Part shown: in pieces, positions 11,024 to 21,273 of the stretch
Layout of the letters: each line of letters begins with the position of its first letter
Position numbering within the stretch: position 1 is the stretch's first letter
NCBI RefSeq assembly: GCF_035511235.1
Contig: NZ_DATKFQ010000010.1
Span: forward strand, 44,074 to 108,073
DNA from: Dokdonella sp.
GTDB taxonomy: Bacteria; Pseudomonadota; Gammaproteobacteria; Xanthomonadales; Rhodanobacteraceae
Direction: 5' to 3'
Length of the DNA stretch: 64,000 nt
Program-made: the position numbers and the translations under genes
Notes under the pieces: generated by a model
The model's input: only the letters and a program-made list of their open reading frames with translations
Database searches by the model: none
Told to the model about the DNA's origin: nothing

Positions 11024-11677
11024 TCAGTCGCGCTCTTCGCGCAGCACTTCGCCGCTGACCGGATCGATCCACAGCTCGACGCGCACGCCGGCCGGATTGA
11101 TCGCGTCGGCCTCCCAGACGCCGTCGTCGAACTCCAGATCGCGGATGTTGCGATAGCCCGCGGCGGTCAGCCGCTCGACGATCTGTGCCGCGGTCAGCGC
11201 ACCGGCGGCCGGGCCGCCCTCGACGCGCTCATCGACCACCTCGCCGGTCCAGGCGTGCACGATCAGGTCGACGCGACGGCCGGCGCCATTGCGGGCCTCG
11301 GCTTCCCAAAAGCCGTCGTCGAGTTCGAGGTCGCGAACGTCGCGGTAGCCTGCCGCGGCCAGACGGTCGCGGATCGCGGCCGCCGTCAACGGCGCGTCGG
11401 CACCGCTGCCGCCGGTCGCCCAGAGCGTGCCGGTTGCGGCGTCCAGTACCAGATCGACGCGAACGCCGTCGGCGCGGGTCGCCTCGGCGGTCCAGTAACC
11501 GTGCGCGAGTCCGAGTTCGTAGACCGCGAAATAGCCGGCCTCGTCGAAACGCAGCAGCGCATCGGGAGCACCGCCGTCGACCGGGCCCTGCGCCGGTTCG
11601 GCGGCGTCTTCGGCCAGTACCGGCGCGGCGGCGCCGGCCAGTGCGAAGGCGAGAACGAGAGACTTGATAGCATGCAT
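11024..11677 (-). CDS. Secreted PepSY-domain protein (3 PepSY-like repeats)
   Basis: Signal peptide, repeated AAGYRxxRDLExDDGxWEAxA...G.RVDL. Confidence 0.85.
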   Translation of the reverse strand: MHAIKSLVLAFALAGAAAPVLAEDAAEPAQGPVDGGAPDALLRFDEAGYFAVYELGLAHGYWTAEATRADGVRVDLVLDAATGTLWATGGSGADAPLTAAAIRDRLAAAGYRDVRDLELDDGFWEAEARNGAGRRVDLIVHAWTGEVVDERVEGGPAAGALTAAQIVERLTAAGYRNIRDLEFDDGVWEADAINPAGVRVELWIDPVSGEVLREERD

Positions 11678-11733
11678 GGGACGGAATCCATCGGAACCGG
11701 CCGATCGCCGGAGGCCGCAGCTTCCCGATCGGC

Positions 11734-11776
11734 GTCTAAACCGGTTTTGACGGCTGCGTTCACAACGCGTTTAGAC
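11734..11776. promoter_or_regulatory. Mirror-image tandem boxes between the divergent PepSY genes; candidate OmpR-family binding sites
   Basis: + strand TTCAC-N6-TTTAG and - strand GTCAA-N6-TTTAG. Together they form a 13-bp inverted repeat (AACsSGTTTAGAC). Confidence 0.5.
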
Positions 11777-11797
11777 CCTCGTCCCGAGCATCGCCGC

Positions 11798-12499
11798 ATG
11801 TTGCGAACCGCCCTCTTCCTGGCGCTCTATGCGCTGACCCCGGCCCAGGCCGGCGAGCACGATGCGATCCGCCGCGCGGTCGAAGCCGGCGAGATCCGCC
11901 CGCTCGCCGAGATCCTCGCCGCGGTGCAGTCGCGTTATCCCGGCCGCATCCTCGACGTGGAGATCGACCGCAGCGGCGACGGCCGCCGCATCTACGACAT
12001 CGAGCTGCTCGACGAGGACGGCCGCAAGCTCGAGATCAGCGTCGATGCCGCCAGCGGCCTGGTGATCGAGCCGCGCGCGGCCGACGACGACGCGCTGATG
12101 CCGCTGGCGCCGATCCTGCGCACGCTGCTCGCGGCGCATCCCGGCAAGATCCTCGACGTCGAGCTCGAGCGCGACCGCGACGACCGCGCGATCTACGAGA
12201 TCGAGCTGCTGACCGCCGACGGCCGCACGCTGGAGCTGGTCGTCGACGCGCGCGACGGCCGCCTGCTCGACGACGGCAGCCACGGCCCGGCCGGCGGCGA
12301 ACCGGTGCGGCCGCTGCCCGACGTGCTCGACGCGCTCGCCGCGCATCACCCCGGCACGATCGTCGAGGTGGAGCTCGAACGTGACCGGCAGGGCCGCCGC
12401 TATTACGAGATCGACATCCGCGGTGCCGACGGCCGCACCGTCGAGCTGCGCGTCGATGCGGTCACCGGTGAGATCCTGCACGAAGGCGAAGCGGACTGA
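11798..12499 (+). CDS. Secreted PepSY-domain protein (3 repeats)
   Basis: Signal peptide, DAIRRAVEAGEIRPLAEIL, three PG.IL.VEL.R...YEIE.....G repeats. Confidence 0.88.
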   Translation: MLRTALFLALYALTPAQAGEHDAIRRAVEAGEIRPLAEILAAVQSRYPGRILDVEIDRSGDGRRIYDIELLDEDGRKLEISVDAASGLVIEPRAADDDALMPLAPILRTLLAAHPGKILDVELERDRDDRAIYEIELLTADGRTLELVVDARDGRLLDDGSHGPAGGEPVRPLPDVLDALAAHHPGTIVEVELERDRQGRRYYEIDIRGADGRTVELRVDAVTGEILHEGEAD

Positions 12500-13173
12500 T
12501 GCGCGTCCTTCTGGTCGAGGACGACGCGATCCTCGCCGGCCGCCTGCGCGAGGTTCTCGAGGAGGCCGGACTGCTGGTCGAGATCGCCGGCGACGGCCGC
12601 CAGGCCGCGTTCCTCGGCTGCACCGAAGACTACGACGCGGCCGTGCTCGACCTCGGCCTGCCGGGCCAGGACGGCATCTCGGTGCTGCACCACTGGCGCG
12701 AGCACGGCCGCGACCTGCCGGTGCTGATCCTGACCGCGCGCGGGCGCTGGAGCGACAAGCTGGCCGGCTTCGGCGCCGGCGCCGACGACTACCTGACCAA
12801 GCCGCTGCATCTGGAGGAGGTCGTGCTGCGCCTGCGCGCGCTGGTGCGGCGCACGCGCGGCCATGCCGATCCGGTGCTGCGCGTGGGCGCGCTCGCGTTC
12901 GACACGCTGTCCTCGCGTTTCACGCTCGACGGCCAGCCGCTGGCGCTGACCGCCCAGGAGCAGCGCATCCTGGCCTATCTGATGCACCGCCCCGATCAGG
13001 TCGTCAGCCGCAGCGAGATCGGCGAGCACGTCTATGCGCGCGATCTGGAACCGGACTCCAATACGGTCGACGTGCTGATCGGCCGGATCCGCCGCAAGCT
13101 TGGCCGGCCGCTGATCCACACCGAGCGTGGACTGGGCTTCCGCCTGAGCGCGCCGGCGCCGCCGTCCGGATGA
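12499..13173 (+). CDS. OmpR/PhoP-family response regulator
   Basis: LLVEDD, LDLGLP, GADDYLTKP, winged-helix SNTVDVLIGRIRRKL. Confidence 0.95.
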   Translation: MRVLLVEDDAILAGRLREVLEEAGLLVEIAGDGRQAAFLGCTEDYDAAVLDLGLPGQDGISVLHHWREHGRDLPVLILTARGRWSDKLAGFGAGADDYLTKPLHLEEVVLRLRALVRRTRGHADPVLRVGALAFDTLSSRFTLDGQPLALTAQEQRILAYLMHRPDQVVSRSEIGEHVYARDLEPDSNTVDVLIGRIRRKLGRPLIHTERGLGFRLSAPAPPSG

Positions 13174-14462
13174 GACGCCCGGGCCTCGGCACGCGGCTGC
13201 TGGCGCTCGGCATCCTGGCCGCCCTGCTGGTCGCCGGCATCGGCGGCTGGCTGCTGCGCGAGAACCTGCATGCGGTGCTGCTGCGCGGCTTCGAACAGCG
13301 CCTGTCCGAACACGCCGACCGCGTCGCCGCGCGCCTGCACGGCGGGGGCGGGCGCCGCATCGTGCACGACGAGCCGCGCGCTGCCGACGAGTTCAGCCGG
13401 ATCTTCTCCGGCTGGTACTGGCAGCTGACGCAGGGCAGCGAACCGCTGCATTCGCGCTCGCTGTGGGATGCGGACCTGAGCGTGCCACCGGCGCCGCCGG
13501 GATCGCTGCTGCGCGTGACCGGTCCGCGCGGCGAGCCGCTGCTCGGCATCGGGCGCGCGATCGAGGTCGAGGCCACGCCGGCCGTGCTGTGGGTGTTCGG
13601 ACCGGCCGAGGAGGTCGACCGCGAGCGGCGCGGCTTCGACCAGCTGCTCGCGAGCACGCTGGCCGGCCTGGTACTGGCGCTGGTCGCGGCGACCTGGATG
13701 CAGGTGCGTATCGGCCTGCATCCGCTGACGCGCCTGCGCGGCGCGGTCGCGGCAGTGCAGAGCGGCCAGGCCGACCGCGTCGGCAGCGGTTTCGGTCCCG
13801 ATCTCGATCCGCTCGCGGTCGAGCTCGACACGGTGCTCGAACGCAATGCGCGGGTGACCGCGCGCGCGCGCAGCCATGCGGCCGATCTGGCCCATGCGCT
13901 CAAGAAGCCGCTGGCGCTGATCGCCGCCGACGCGGCCGCCGGCGGCGAGCCGATCGCGGCCCAGGTGCGCAGCATGAGCCGGCTGATCGACCGTCATCTG
14001 GCGCGCGCCGGCAGCGGCGCCGGTGAACGCCGGCGACTGCCGGTCGCCGCACGCATCGAGGCCCTGATCGAGCTGATGCGGCGCCTGCACGAGACCCGCG
14101 CGCTGCGGTGGCGGCTCGACGCCGACGCCGACGCGCACTGGCGCGGCGAGCCGACCGATCTGGACGAGATGCTCGGCAACCTGCTCGACAACGCCGGCAA
14201 ATGGGCGCGCTCGCGCGTCGAGGTGACGGCGGCGCGCGAGGGCGCGCTGCTGCGCGTGACGATCGACGACGACGGTCCGGGCCTCGCGCCCGACCAGATC
14301 GCACAGGCGAGCCGGCGCGGCCGCCGCTTCGACGAATCGGTCGAGGGATCGGGTCTGGGCCTGGCGATCGCGGCCGACATCGCCGAGACCTACGGCGGCC
14401 GGATCGAACTTCGCGCCGGTCCGCTCGGCGGCCTGCGCGTGAGCCTCGAGCTGCCGGACTGA
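13170..14462 (+). CDS. Sensor histidine kinase (2 TM, HAMP, HisKA, HATPase)
   Basis: ATGA overlap with the regulator. LAHALKKPL H-box, NLLDNAGKW, DDDGPG, GSGLGL. Confidence 0.95.
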   Translation: MRRPGLGTRLLALGILAALLVAGIGGWLLRENLHAVLLRGFEQRLSEHADRVAARLHGGGGRRIVHDEPRAADEFSRIFSGWYWQLTQGSEPLHSRSLWDADLSVPPAPPGSLLRVTGPRGEPLLGIGRAIEVEATPAVLWVFGPAEEVDRERRGFDQLLASTLAGLVLALVAATWMQVRIGLHPLTRLRGAVAAVQSGQADRVGSGFGPDLDPLAVELDTVLERNARVTARARSHAADLAHALKKPLALIAADAAAGGEPIAAQVRSMSRLIDRHLARAGSGAGERRRLPVAARIEALIELMRRLHETRALRWRLDADADAHWRGEPTDLDEMLGNLLDNAGKWARSRVEVTAAREGALLRVTIDDDGPGLAPDQIAQASRRGRRFDESVEGSGLGLAIAADIAETYGGRIELRAGPLGGLRVSLELPD

Positions 14463-14632
14463 AGCGGCCGGCTGCGCCTGCACCATCGGCACGCCGAAGC
14501 GGCGGAACCGGGCGGCCTCGCCTGTCCTGCAACGGTCGATGGCCGGCCGACGTCCTTGTGGACACGCGGACGGGCCGTCATCTCCATCGCTGGCGGCCGC
14601 GATCCGCGCGCCGATCCACCCGAGGTCCGATC

Positions 14633-15178
14633 ATGAACACTCTGCAACGCTTCGCTTTTCTGACGCTCTCGGCGGCCGCCGCGGCGACGGCCGGTCTCAC
14701 CACGGCCGCACCGGCGCCGGCCGCCGCCGATTCACGCATCGAGGTCAGCTGGAACCCGCCCGATGAACTGTCCGAAGTCCGCCAGGCGGTCCGTCCGCAG
14801 CGCCAGCCGCCGATCGAATGGCTCGAGAAGCTTGCCGCCCATCTGCGCCACCGCGCCGACCAGGTCGTGCCGGCCGGCGAGCGGCTCCAGGTCAGGTTCA
14901 CCGATATCAAGCTGGCCGGCGACTACGAGCCCTGGCACGGTCCGCGCTTCGACGAGGTGCGCATCGTCAAGGACATCTATCCGCCGCGCATCGACCTGCA
15001 CTACCGGCTGATCGGCAGCGACGGCGCGACGCTGCGCGAGGGCGATGCCAAGCTGCGCGATCCGGCGTTCCTGAGCCGCAGCAACGCCAATGACAGCGAC
15101 TCGCTACGCTACGAGAAGCGCCTGCTCGACGACTGGCTGCGCCGCGAGTTCGGCGGCCAAGCCGCGCGCGGCCGCTGA
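14633..15178 (+). CDS. DUF3016-family secreted protein
   Basis: Signal peptide, FTDIKLAGDYEPW...VRIVKDIYPPRIDL. Confidence 0.8.
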   Translation: MNTLQRFAFLTLSAAAAATAGLTTAAPAPAAADSRIEVSWNPPDELSEVRQAVRPQRQPPIEWLEKLAAHLRHRADQVVPAGERLQVRFTDIKLAGDYEPWHGPRFDEVRIVKDIYPPRIDLHYRLIGSDGATLREGDAKLRDPAFLSRSNANDSDSLRYEKRLLDDWLRREFGGQAARGR

Positions 15179-15305
15179 CGGCGGGCGCATCGGCGGACTC
15201 GTCACGCCGGGCGAATCGGGACATACTGTGACGGGCCGCACACTCCGGCAAGGGGCCGGAGGGGGCGCTGGGGTGCCCGCCCGTCTTCGATGAGGATTCT
15301 CCCGC

Positions 15306-16796
15306 ATGCGTCCGTCCCCGATCCGTCGCTGGGCGTTCGCCGCCCTGTCCGTCAGCCTGATAGCGGGTGCGGGTGCCGCGCTCGCGGCCTGGTCGTCCGA
15401 CCCGGCCGTGAATCTGGTGATCGCCGACCGCGGCGGCGAGGAGACCCAGGCCAAGATCCTGCCGCGCGCCGACGGCGGCTTCTACGTGAGCTGGTTCGAC
15501 AATAGCGACGGCGGCTACGACGTGCGCCTGCAGCGGCTCGACGCGCAGGGCAACGCGCTGTGGGCGCCGGGCGGCATCCGCGTCGCCGATCGCAGCTACA
15601 GCTCGACGACCGACTACGGCTTCGCGGTCGACGCGGCCGGCGACGCCCTGCTCTCGTTCCAGTGCTGCACCCAGGGCGCCAGCGACGAGCGCATCGTCGT
15701 CGTCAAGATCGACGCCGACGGCGATGCCGCCTGGGGTGCCGGCGGCATCGCGGTCTCGACGCTCGGCGAAGGCGCGGTCGTCTCCTATGTCGCGGCCGGC
15801 GCCGACGGCAGTGCGCTGGCGGCCTGGATGAACGACGCCGGCGAGGGCCGCGTGCAGAAGCTCGACGCCGCCGGCCAGCCGCAATGGGGCGCTACCGGCG
15901 TGACCGTGCCGGGCCCGGCGACCGGCTTCAAGTTCATGGCCGACATCAAGGGAGCCGGCAACGGCGACGCGATCGTCGCCTGGAGCAACCAGTCCGGTTC
16001 CACGCGGATCCTGCGCGCGCAGAAGTTCGCATCGGCCGACGGCGCACCGCTGTGGGGCACCGACGGCGTGCGCGTCGCCGACAGCGGCAACCTGCAGGCC
16101 GGCTACTTCCCGAAAATGATCCCGGATGGCGCCGGCGGCGCGGTGTTCGCGTACTACGACGCCAGCGGCGTCGCGTTCAACGTCCGCGTACAGCACATCG
16201 ACGCCGACGGCGGCCGCCGCTTCGGCGCCGACGGCGTGCTCGCGACCACCGATGCCAGCAAAGGCCACTACAGCCCGAGCGCCACCTACGATCCGGTCAC
16301 CGGCACTACCCACCTGATCTGGATCGACGGCACCACGATCAACCAGCAGAGCTACGACGGCCTCTACGCGCAGCGCATCGACGCCGGCGGCGTGCGGATC
16401 TGGGCCGACGGCGGCCGCGAACTGGTGCCGATGACGATCTCGACCAACGGCGCCAACGCGCTGTCGCAGCTGGTCGCGCTGCCGGCGCCGAACGGCCTGC
16501 TGGCGGCCTGGGTCACCGGCAACACCTCGGTCGCCGCCAATCCGATCACGACGCTGCGGCTGGACGCGGCGGGCGCGGAGGTCTGGCCCCAGCGCGTGTC
16601 GCTGAAGAGCCGCGCCAATCGCACCTCGCGCCTGGCCGGCGCGACCAGCCAGGCCGGCTATGCGGCCTACATCTGGAGCGAGGGCAGCGGCAACGACGCC
16701 GGCAGCCTGGACGTGCTCGCGCAGAACCTCAGCTACGCCGGCGCGCTCGGCCCGACCGATCCGGACCTGCTGTTCGCCGACGGTTTCGAGCCGTGA
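15306..16796 (+). CDS. Secreted repeat (probable beta-propeller) protein of unknown function with C-terminal DLLFADGFEP tail
   Basis: Signal peptide, repeated xQRxDAxGxxxWxxxG units, no catalytic motif recognised. Confidence 0.75.
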   Translation: MRPSPIRRWAFAALSVSLIAGAGAALAAWSSDPAVNLVIADRGGEETQAKILPRADGGFYVSWFDNSDGGYDVRLQRLDAQGNALWAPGGIRVADRSYSSTTDYGFAVDAAGDALLSFQCCTQGASDERIVVVKIDADGDAAWGAGGIAVSTLGEGAVVSYVAAGADGSALAAWMNDAGEGRVQKLDAAGQPQWGATGVTVPGPATGFKFMADIKGAGNGDAIVAWSNQSGSTRILRAQKFASADGAPLWGTDGVRVADSGNLQAGYFPKMIPDGAGGAVFAYYDASGVAFNVRVQHIDADGGRRFGADGVLATTDASKGHYSPSATYDPVTGTTHLIWIDGTTINQQSYDGLYAQRIDAGGVRIWADGGRELVPMTISTNGANALSQLVALPAPNGLLAAWVTGNTSVAANPITTLRLDAAGAEVWPQRVSLKSRANRTSRLAGATSQAGYAAYIWSEGSGNDAGSLDVLAQNLSYAGALGPTDPDLLFADGFEP

Positions 16797-16902
16797 CCGG
16801 CGGCCGGCGGCGGACCGCGCCGGGCCGGTGCTGCGCGGCTTTTGCCATGCGCATCGCCACCCTTTACCCTTGTGACCTCGCTCGCACCACCCTTCCGGAA
16901 GC

Positions 16903-18315
16903 ATGAGCAAGCAACTTGCCCTGGTCATCGACGACGAACGCGACATTCGCGAGCTGCTGACGCTGACGCTCGGCCGCATGGGACTGGTGGTCGACACGGC
17001 GGCCAACGTCGCCGAGGCGCGCCAGCGCCTGTCCGAGAACCGCTACACGCTCTGCTTCACCGACATGCGCCTGCCCGACGGCTCGGGCCAGGACATCGTC
17101 GAGTACGTCGCCGGCCACCATCCGGAGACGCCGATCGCGATGATCACCGCGTACGGCAACGTCGATGCGGCCGTCAACGCGCTCAAGGCCGGCGCGTTCG
17201 ACTTCGTCTCCAAGCCGGTCGACATCAACGTGCTGCGCCGGCTGGTGCAGACCGCGCTCAAGCTCGGCGAGACCAAGCGCGCCGAACAGGTCGCCAGCGG
17301 CAGCAAGCTGATCGGCGAATCGGCGCCGATGCAGGAACTGCGCGCGACGATCGCCAAGATCGCGCGCAGCCAGGCCCCGGTCTACATCGCCGGCGAGTCC
17401 GGCGTCGGCAAGGAGCTGGTCGCGCGCCTGATCCACGAGCTCGGCCCGCGCTCGGCGACGCCGTTCGTGCCGGTCAACTGCGGCGCGATTCCGTCGGAGC
17501 TGATGGAGAGCGAGTTCTTCGGCCACAAGAAAGGCAGCTTCACCGGCGCGCATGCCGACAAGGACGGCCTGTTCCAGGCTGCGCACGGCGGCACGCTGTT
17601 CCTCGACGAGGTCGCCGAGCTGCCGGTGCACATGCAGGTCAAGCTGCTGCGCGTGATCCAGGAAAAGGCGGTGCGTCCGATCGGTGCACGCGCCGAGGTG
17701 CCGGTCGACGTGCGCATCCTGTCGGCCACGCACAAGAACCTCGCGCGCATGGTCGACCTCGGCGCATTCCGTCAGGACCTGTTCTACCGCATCAACGTGA
17801 TCGAGCTGCGCGTGCCGCCGCTGCGCGAGCGCCGCGGCGACATCCCGCTGCTGGCCGCGCGCGTGCTCGAGCGCCTTGCGCGCGACAGCGGCGGACCGCC
17901 GGCGCGCCTCAGCGACGGCGCCACCGCCGCACTGATGACCTACGAGTTTCCCGGCAACGTGCGCGAGCTCGAGAACGTGCTCGAGCGTGCCGTCGCGCTG
18001 TGCGAGGACAATGTCATCGCCGCCGCGGACCTGCGCCTGATTCCGACGCAGAGCGCCGGCAGCATCGCCGACCCGGCACCGGCGGCCCCGACCGAGGCGC
18101 CGCCGCGCGCGGCACCGGCCGCCGCGCCGGCACCGGCGGCGCCGCTGTCGGACTCGGCGTTCAACGACCTGGCCGCCGCGGTCGCCGAGACCGAGCGCGC
18201 CGCAATCATGAAGGCGCTGGAGGCCACGCGCTGGAACCGCACCGCCGCAGCCCGGCATCTGGGCCTGACGCTGCGTCAGCTGCGCTACCGGCTCGAGAAG
18301 CTCGGCATCGAGTGA
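16903..18315 (+). CDS. pilR: Sigma-54-dependent response regulator, PilR-like
   Basis: Receiver DDERDIRELL...TDMRLPDG, Walker A GESGVGKE, GSFTGA loop, FPGNVRELEN, Fis-type HTH LRQLRYRLEKL. Confidence 0.85.
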   Translation: MSKQLALVIDDERDIRELLTLTLGRMGLVVDTAANVAEARQRLSENRYTLCFTDMRLPDGSGQDIVEYVAGHHPETPIAMITAYGNVDAAVNALKAGAFDFVSKPVDINVLRRLVQTALKLGETKRAEQVASGSKLIGESAPMQELRATIAKIARSQAPVYIAGESGVGKELVARLIHELGPRSATPFVPVNCGAIPSELMESEFFGHKKGSFTGAHADKDGLFQAAHGGTLFLDEVAELPVHMQVKLLRVIQEKAVRPIGARAEVPVDVRILSATHKNLARMVDLGAFRQDLFYRINVIELRVPPLRERRGDIPLLAARVLERLARDSGGPPARLSDGATAALMTYEFPGNVRELENVLERAVALCEDNVIAAADLRLIPTQSAGSIADPAPAAPTEAPPRAAPAAAPAPAAPLSDSAFNDLAAAVAETERAAIMKALEATRWNRTAAARHLGLTLRQLRYRLEKLGIE

Positions 18316-18948
18316 CGCGCCGGCAGCGGCCGGTGCCGTCCGGCCCATCCGCTGCCTCCTGACCTGCCGTCCCCGAGCGGCGCCGCCTGACGGCGCGACG
18401 CGTCCAAGCCCCATCGACACGCTGCACGCGATGACGTGCCGCATCCGCACCGAGCCCACGCCCGGCCGGTGCGCGCACCGGCGGCGCGCCGTATGCGACG
18501 CGTATCGCCGCAGCGGACAGCGGCGCGGTCCGGGACGGACCGGACCCATCGCGCGGCGGGTGCGTCGTGCGGGCGGCGCTGCAAGAATCCGCTCGCGCGG
18601 CCGCGCCGGTCTGCGGGGTCGGATCGGTCGGAGCAGTCGTGCCAATCGGCGCTCACCACGACGCACGAGGCCTCACCTGTCCAGGTGCCGCGCTCACGCC
18701 TGTCGTGCCGCTGCGGCGCGCAGCGTTCGCCGGCACGCCCGCGCGGCTTGACGTACTCGGATTCGACGGCCTCGCTGACGGTCCCGACATGCCTGCTCGA
18801 TCGCCGCTGCGATCGACACACACCGGCGCGCTTGCACCGACACCAACGGCATGATCACGCGCTCGGCACGCGCGGCGCTCACCGATTTTCGCGCGCGCGA
18901 TGCGACACCGCGCACGACGCGTCGCCGACGATGCCGGCCTCGGCGTTC

Positions 18949-18987
18949 TTCGGGATTTTTTCCCGAACATCGCAGGAAAAAATCCTG
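18949..18987. promoter_or_regulatory. Paired palindromes (candidate upstream activator sequences) of mxaF
   Basis: CGGGA-TTTTT-TCCCG (18951-18965) and CAGGA-AAAAA-TCCTG (18973-18987), centres 22 bp apart. Confidence 0.7.
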
Positions 18988-19218
18988 ACGCGTCGCGCAT
19001 AAAACCGCAGTTTCTGCCGGGAAAAACGTGAGTTCTCGGATCGACGGCGATCGCGTATGCGGCATCGGCGTGTAGCGAAACTGGCGCAGTCTTGTGCCAC
19101 GGAAGTGGCAACGCGCATCGGTGCGTTCGAGACGATGGCGCAGTCGCGCGATCGCCTGCTCGCGGCGACGATCGCGAAACGGCATCACGTGCGGCCATTT
19201 GCGCGAACGGCCTCGCGG

Positions 19219-19235
19219 TTGGCCCGCTTCCTGCT
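19219..19235 (+). promoter_or_regulatory. Sigma-54 (-24/-12) promoter of the mxa operon
   Basis: TTGGCCCGCTTCCTGCT: GG-N10-GC spacing matches TGGCACG-N4-TTGCW. About 108 bp upstream of the ATG. Confidence 0.65.
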
Positions 19236-19342
19236 CCTCTCATAGCCCGCACCAACCCGTCGAACAACCACGATGCGTGGTCGCAAGCCTCAGCAGAGCG
19301 CTTGTGCAACACGGCATCTCGATCAACACAACCGGAGGGGTC

Positions 19343-21202
19343 ATGAGGAAAGTCCTGTTATCGGCAACGGCATTGGCGACGGCGCTCGCATCGACGCTGG
19401 CGCTGGCCAACGACAAGCTCGTCCAGCTCTCGCAGAGCGAAGAGAACTGGGTGATGACCGGCAAGAACTACAACGCCAACAACTTCAGCAAGGCGACCCA
19501 GATCAACGACAAGAACGTCAAGCAGCTGCGTCCGGCATGGACGTTCTCGACCGGCGTGCTCAACGGCCACGAGGGCACGCCGCTGGTCGTCAACGGCACG
19601 ATGTACATCCACTCGCCGTTCCCGAACCTCACCTTCGCGCTCGATCTTGCGAACCCCACGCGCATCAAGTGGATGGACAAGCCCAAGCAGAACGCGGCCG
19701 CGCGCGCGGTGGCCTGCTGCGACGTCGTCAACCGCGGCCTGGCCTACTGGCCCGGTGACGGCAAGGTGCCGGCGCTGATCTTCAAGACCCAGCTCGACGG
19801 CCACATCGTCGCGCTCAACGCCGAGACCGGCGAGACCTACTGGAAGCTCGAGAACTCCGACATCCGCGTCGGCTCGACGCTGACGATCGCGCCGTACGTG
19901 GTCAAGGACTACGTGATCGTCGGCTCCTCCGGCGCCGAGCTCGGCGTGCGCGGCTATCTGACCGCCTACGACGTCAAGACCGGCGAGCAGAAGTGGCGCG
20001 CCTATGCGACCGGCCCCGACGAGGAGCTGCGCCTGGCCAAGGACTTCAACAGCGCCAATCCGCACTACGGCCAGTTCGGCCTCGGTCTCAAGACCTGGGA
20101 AGGCGAGGCCTGGAAGATCGGCGGCGGCACCAACTGGGGCTGGTACGCGTTCGATCCGGCGACCGACCTGATCTACTTCGGCAGCGGCAACCCGGCGCCG
20201 TGGAACGAGACCATGCGTCCGGGCGACAACAAGTGGACGATGACGATCTGGGGCCGCAACGTCGATACCGGCATGGCCAAGTTCGGCTACCAGAAGACGC
20301 CGCATGACGAATGGGACTACGCCGGCGTCAACGTCATGATGCTGTCCGAGCAGACCGACAAGGCCGGCAAGAAGCGCAAGCTGCTGACCCATCCGGACCG
20401 CAACGGCATCATCTACACGCTGGACCGCGAGAACGGCGATCTGATCTCGGCCGACAAGCTCGACGATACGGTCAACTGGGTCAAGAGCGTGGACCTCAAG
20501 ACCGGCCTGCCGCTGCGCGATCCGGAGTTCGCCACGCGCATGGACCATAACGGCCGCGACATCTGCCCGTCGGCGATGGGCTATCACAACCAGGGCCACG
20601 ACTCCTACAACCCCGACAAGCAGCTGTTCTTCCTCGGCATCAACCACATCTGCATGGACTGGGAGCCGTTCATGCTGCCGTACCGCGCAGGTCAGTTCTT
20701 CGTCGGCGCCACGCTCAACATGTACCCGGGCCCGAAGGGCGATCGCCAGAACTACGAGGGCCTGGGCCAGATCAAGGCCTACAACTCGATCACCGGCGAG
20801 TACAAGTGGGACAAGATGGAGCGCTTCGCGGTCTGGGGCGGCACGCTCGCGACTGCCGGCAACCTGGTGTTCTACGGCACGCTCGACGGCTTCATCAAGG
20901 CGCGCAACGCCGACACCGGCGACCTGCTGTGGAAGTTCAAGCTGCCGTCCGGCGTGATCGGCCATCCGATGACCTATACGCACAAGGGCACGCAGTACGT
21001 CGCGATCTTCTACGGCGTCGGCGGCTGGCCCGGCATCGGCCTGGTGCAGGATCTGGAGGATCCGACGGCCGGTCTCGGCGCGGTCGGCGCGTTCAAGAAG
21101 CTGGCCAACTACACGCAGATGGGCGGCGGCATCATGGTGTTCTCGCTCGACGGCAAGGGTCCGTACGACGACATCAATCTCGGCGAATACGCCAGCAACT
21201 GA
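19343..21202 (+). CDS. mxaF: Ca2+-dependent PQQ methanol dehydrogenase, large subunit
   Basis: [28 protein letters not shown], and DEWDYAGVN (Ala at the position of the lanthanide-binding Asp). GGAGG RBS. Confidence 0.97.
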   Translation: MRKVLLSATALATALASTLALANDKLVQLSQSEENWVMTGKNYNANNFSKATQINDKNVKQLRPAWTFSTGVLNGHEGTPLVVNGTMYIHSPFPNLTFALDLANPTRIKWMDKPKQNAAARAVACCDVVNRGLAYWPGDGKVPALIFKTQLDGHIVALNAETGETYWKLENSDIRVGSTLTIAPYVVKDYVIVGSSGAELGVRGYLTAYDVKTGEQKWRAYATGPDEELRLAKDFNSANPHYGQFGLGLKTWEGEAWKIGGGTNWGWYAFDPATDLIYFGSGNPAPWNETMRPGDNKWTMTIWGRNVDTGMAKFGYQKTPHDEWDYAGVNVMMLSEQTDKAGKKRKLLTHPDRNGIIYTLDRENGDLISADKLDDTVNWVKSVDLKTGLPLRDPEFATRMDHNGRDICPSAMGYHNQGHDSYNPDKQLFFLGINHICMDWEPFMLPYRAGQFFVGATLNMYPGPKGDRQNYEGLGQIKAYNSITGEYKWDKMERFAVWGGTLATAGNLVFYGTLDGFIKARNADTGDLLWKFKLPSGVIGHPMTYTHKGTQYVAIFYGVGGWPGIGLVQDLEDPTAGLGAVGAFKKLANYTQMGGGIMVFSLDGKGPYDDINLGEYASN

Positions 21203-21212
21203 GGCCTCGCGG

Positions 21213-21239
21213 CACGGGGCGTCGCAGTGACGCCCCGTG
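21213..21239 (+). terminator. Stem-loop after mxaF (attenuator or mRNA-stabilising hairpin)
   Basis: CACGGGGCGTC-GCAGT-GACGCCCCGTG perfect 11-bp stem, weak U tract. Confidence 0.6.
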
Positions 21240-21273
21240 TCTTCCGATCCACGCGACGAAACGGGATTCGTGC

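Noticed and set aside
18632-18646. TTGGCACGACTGCT on the - strand as a sigma-54 promoter
   Set aside because: The spacer is three bases too short.
18316-18948. Several ORFs of 80-220 aa in the long pilR-mxaF spacer; I also looked for a pqqA-like peptide or lanmodulin
   Set aside because: No RBS-supported, protein-like ORF, no ExxxY PqqA motif and no EF-hand repeats seen.
19080-19100. CTGGCGCAGTCTTGTGCCAC as a sigma-54 site on either strand
   Set aside because: The GG-to-GC spacing is off by one on both strands; the 19219 site fits exactly.
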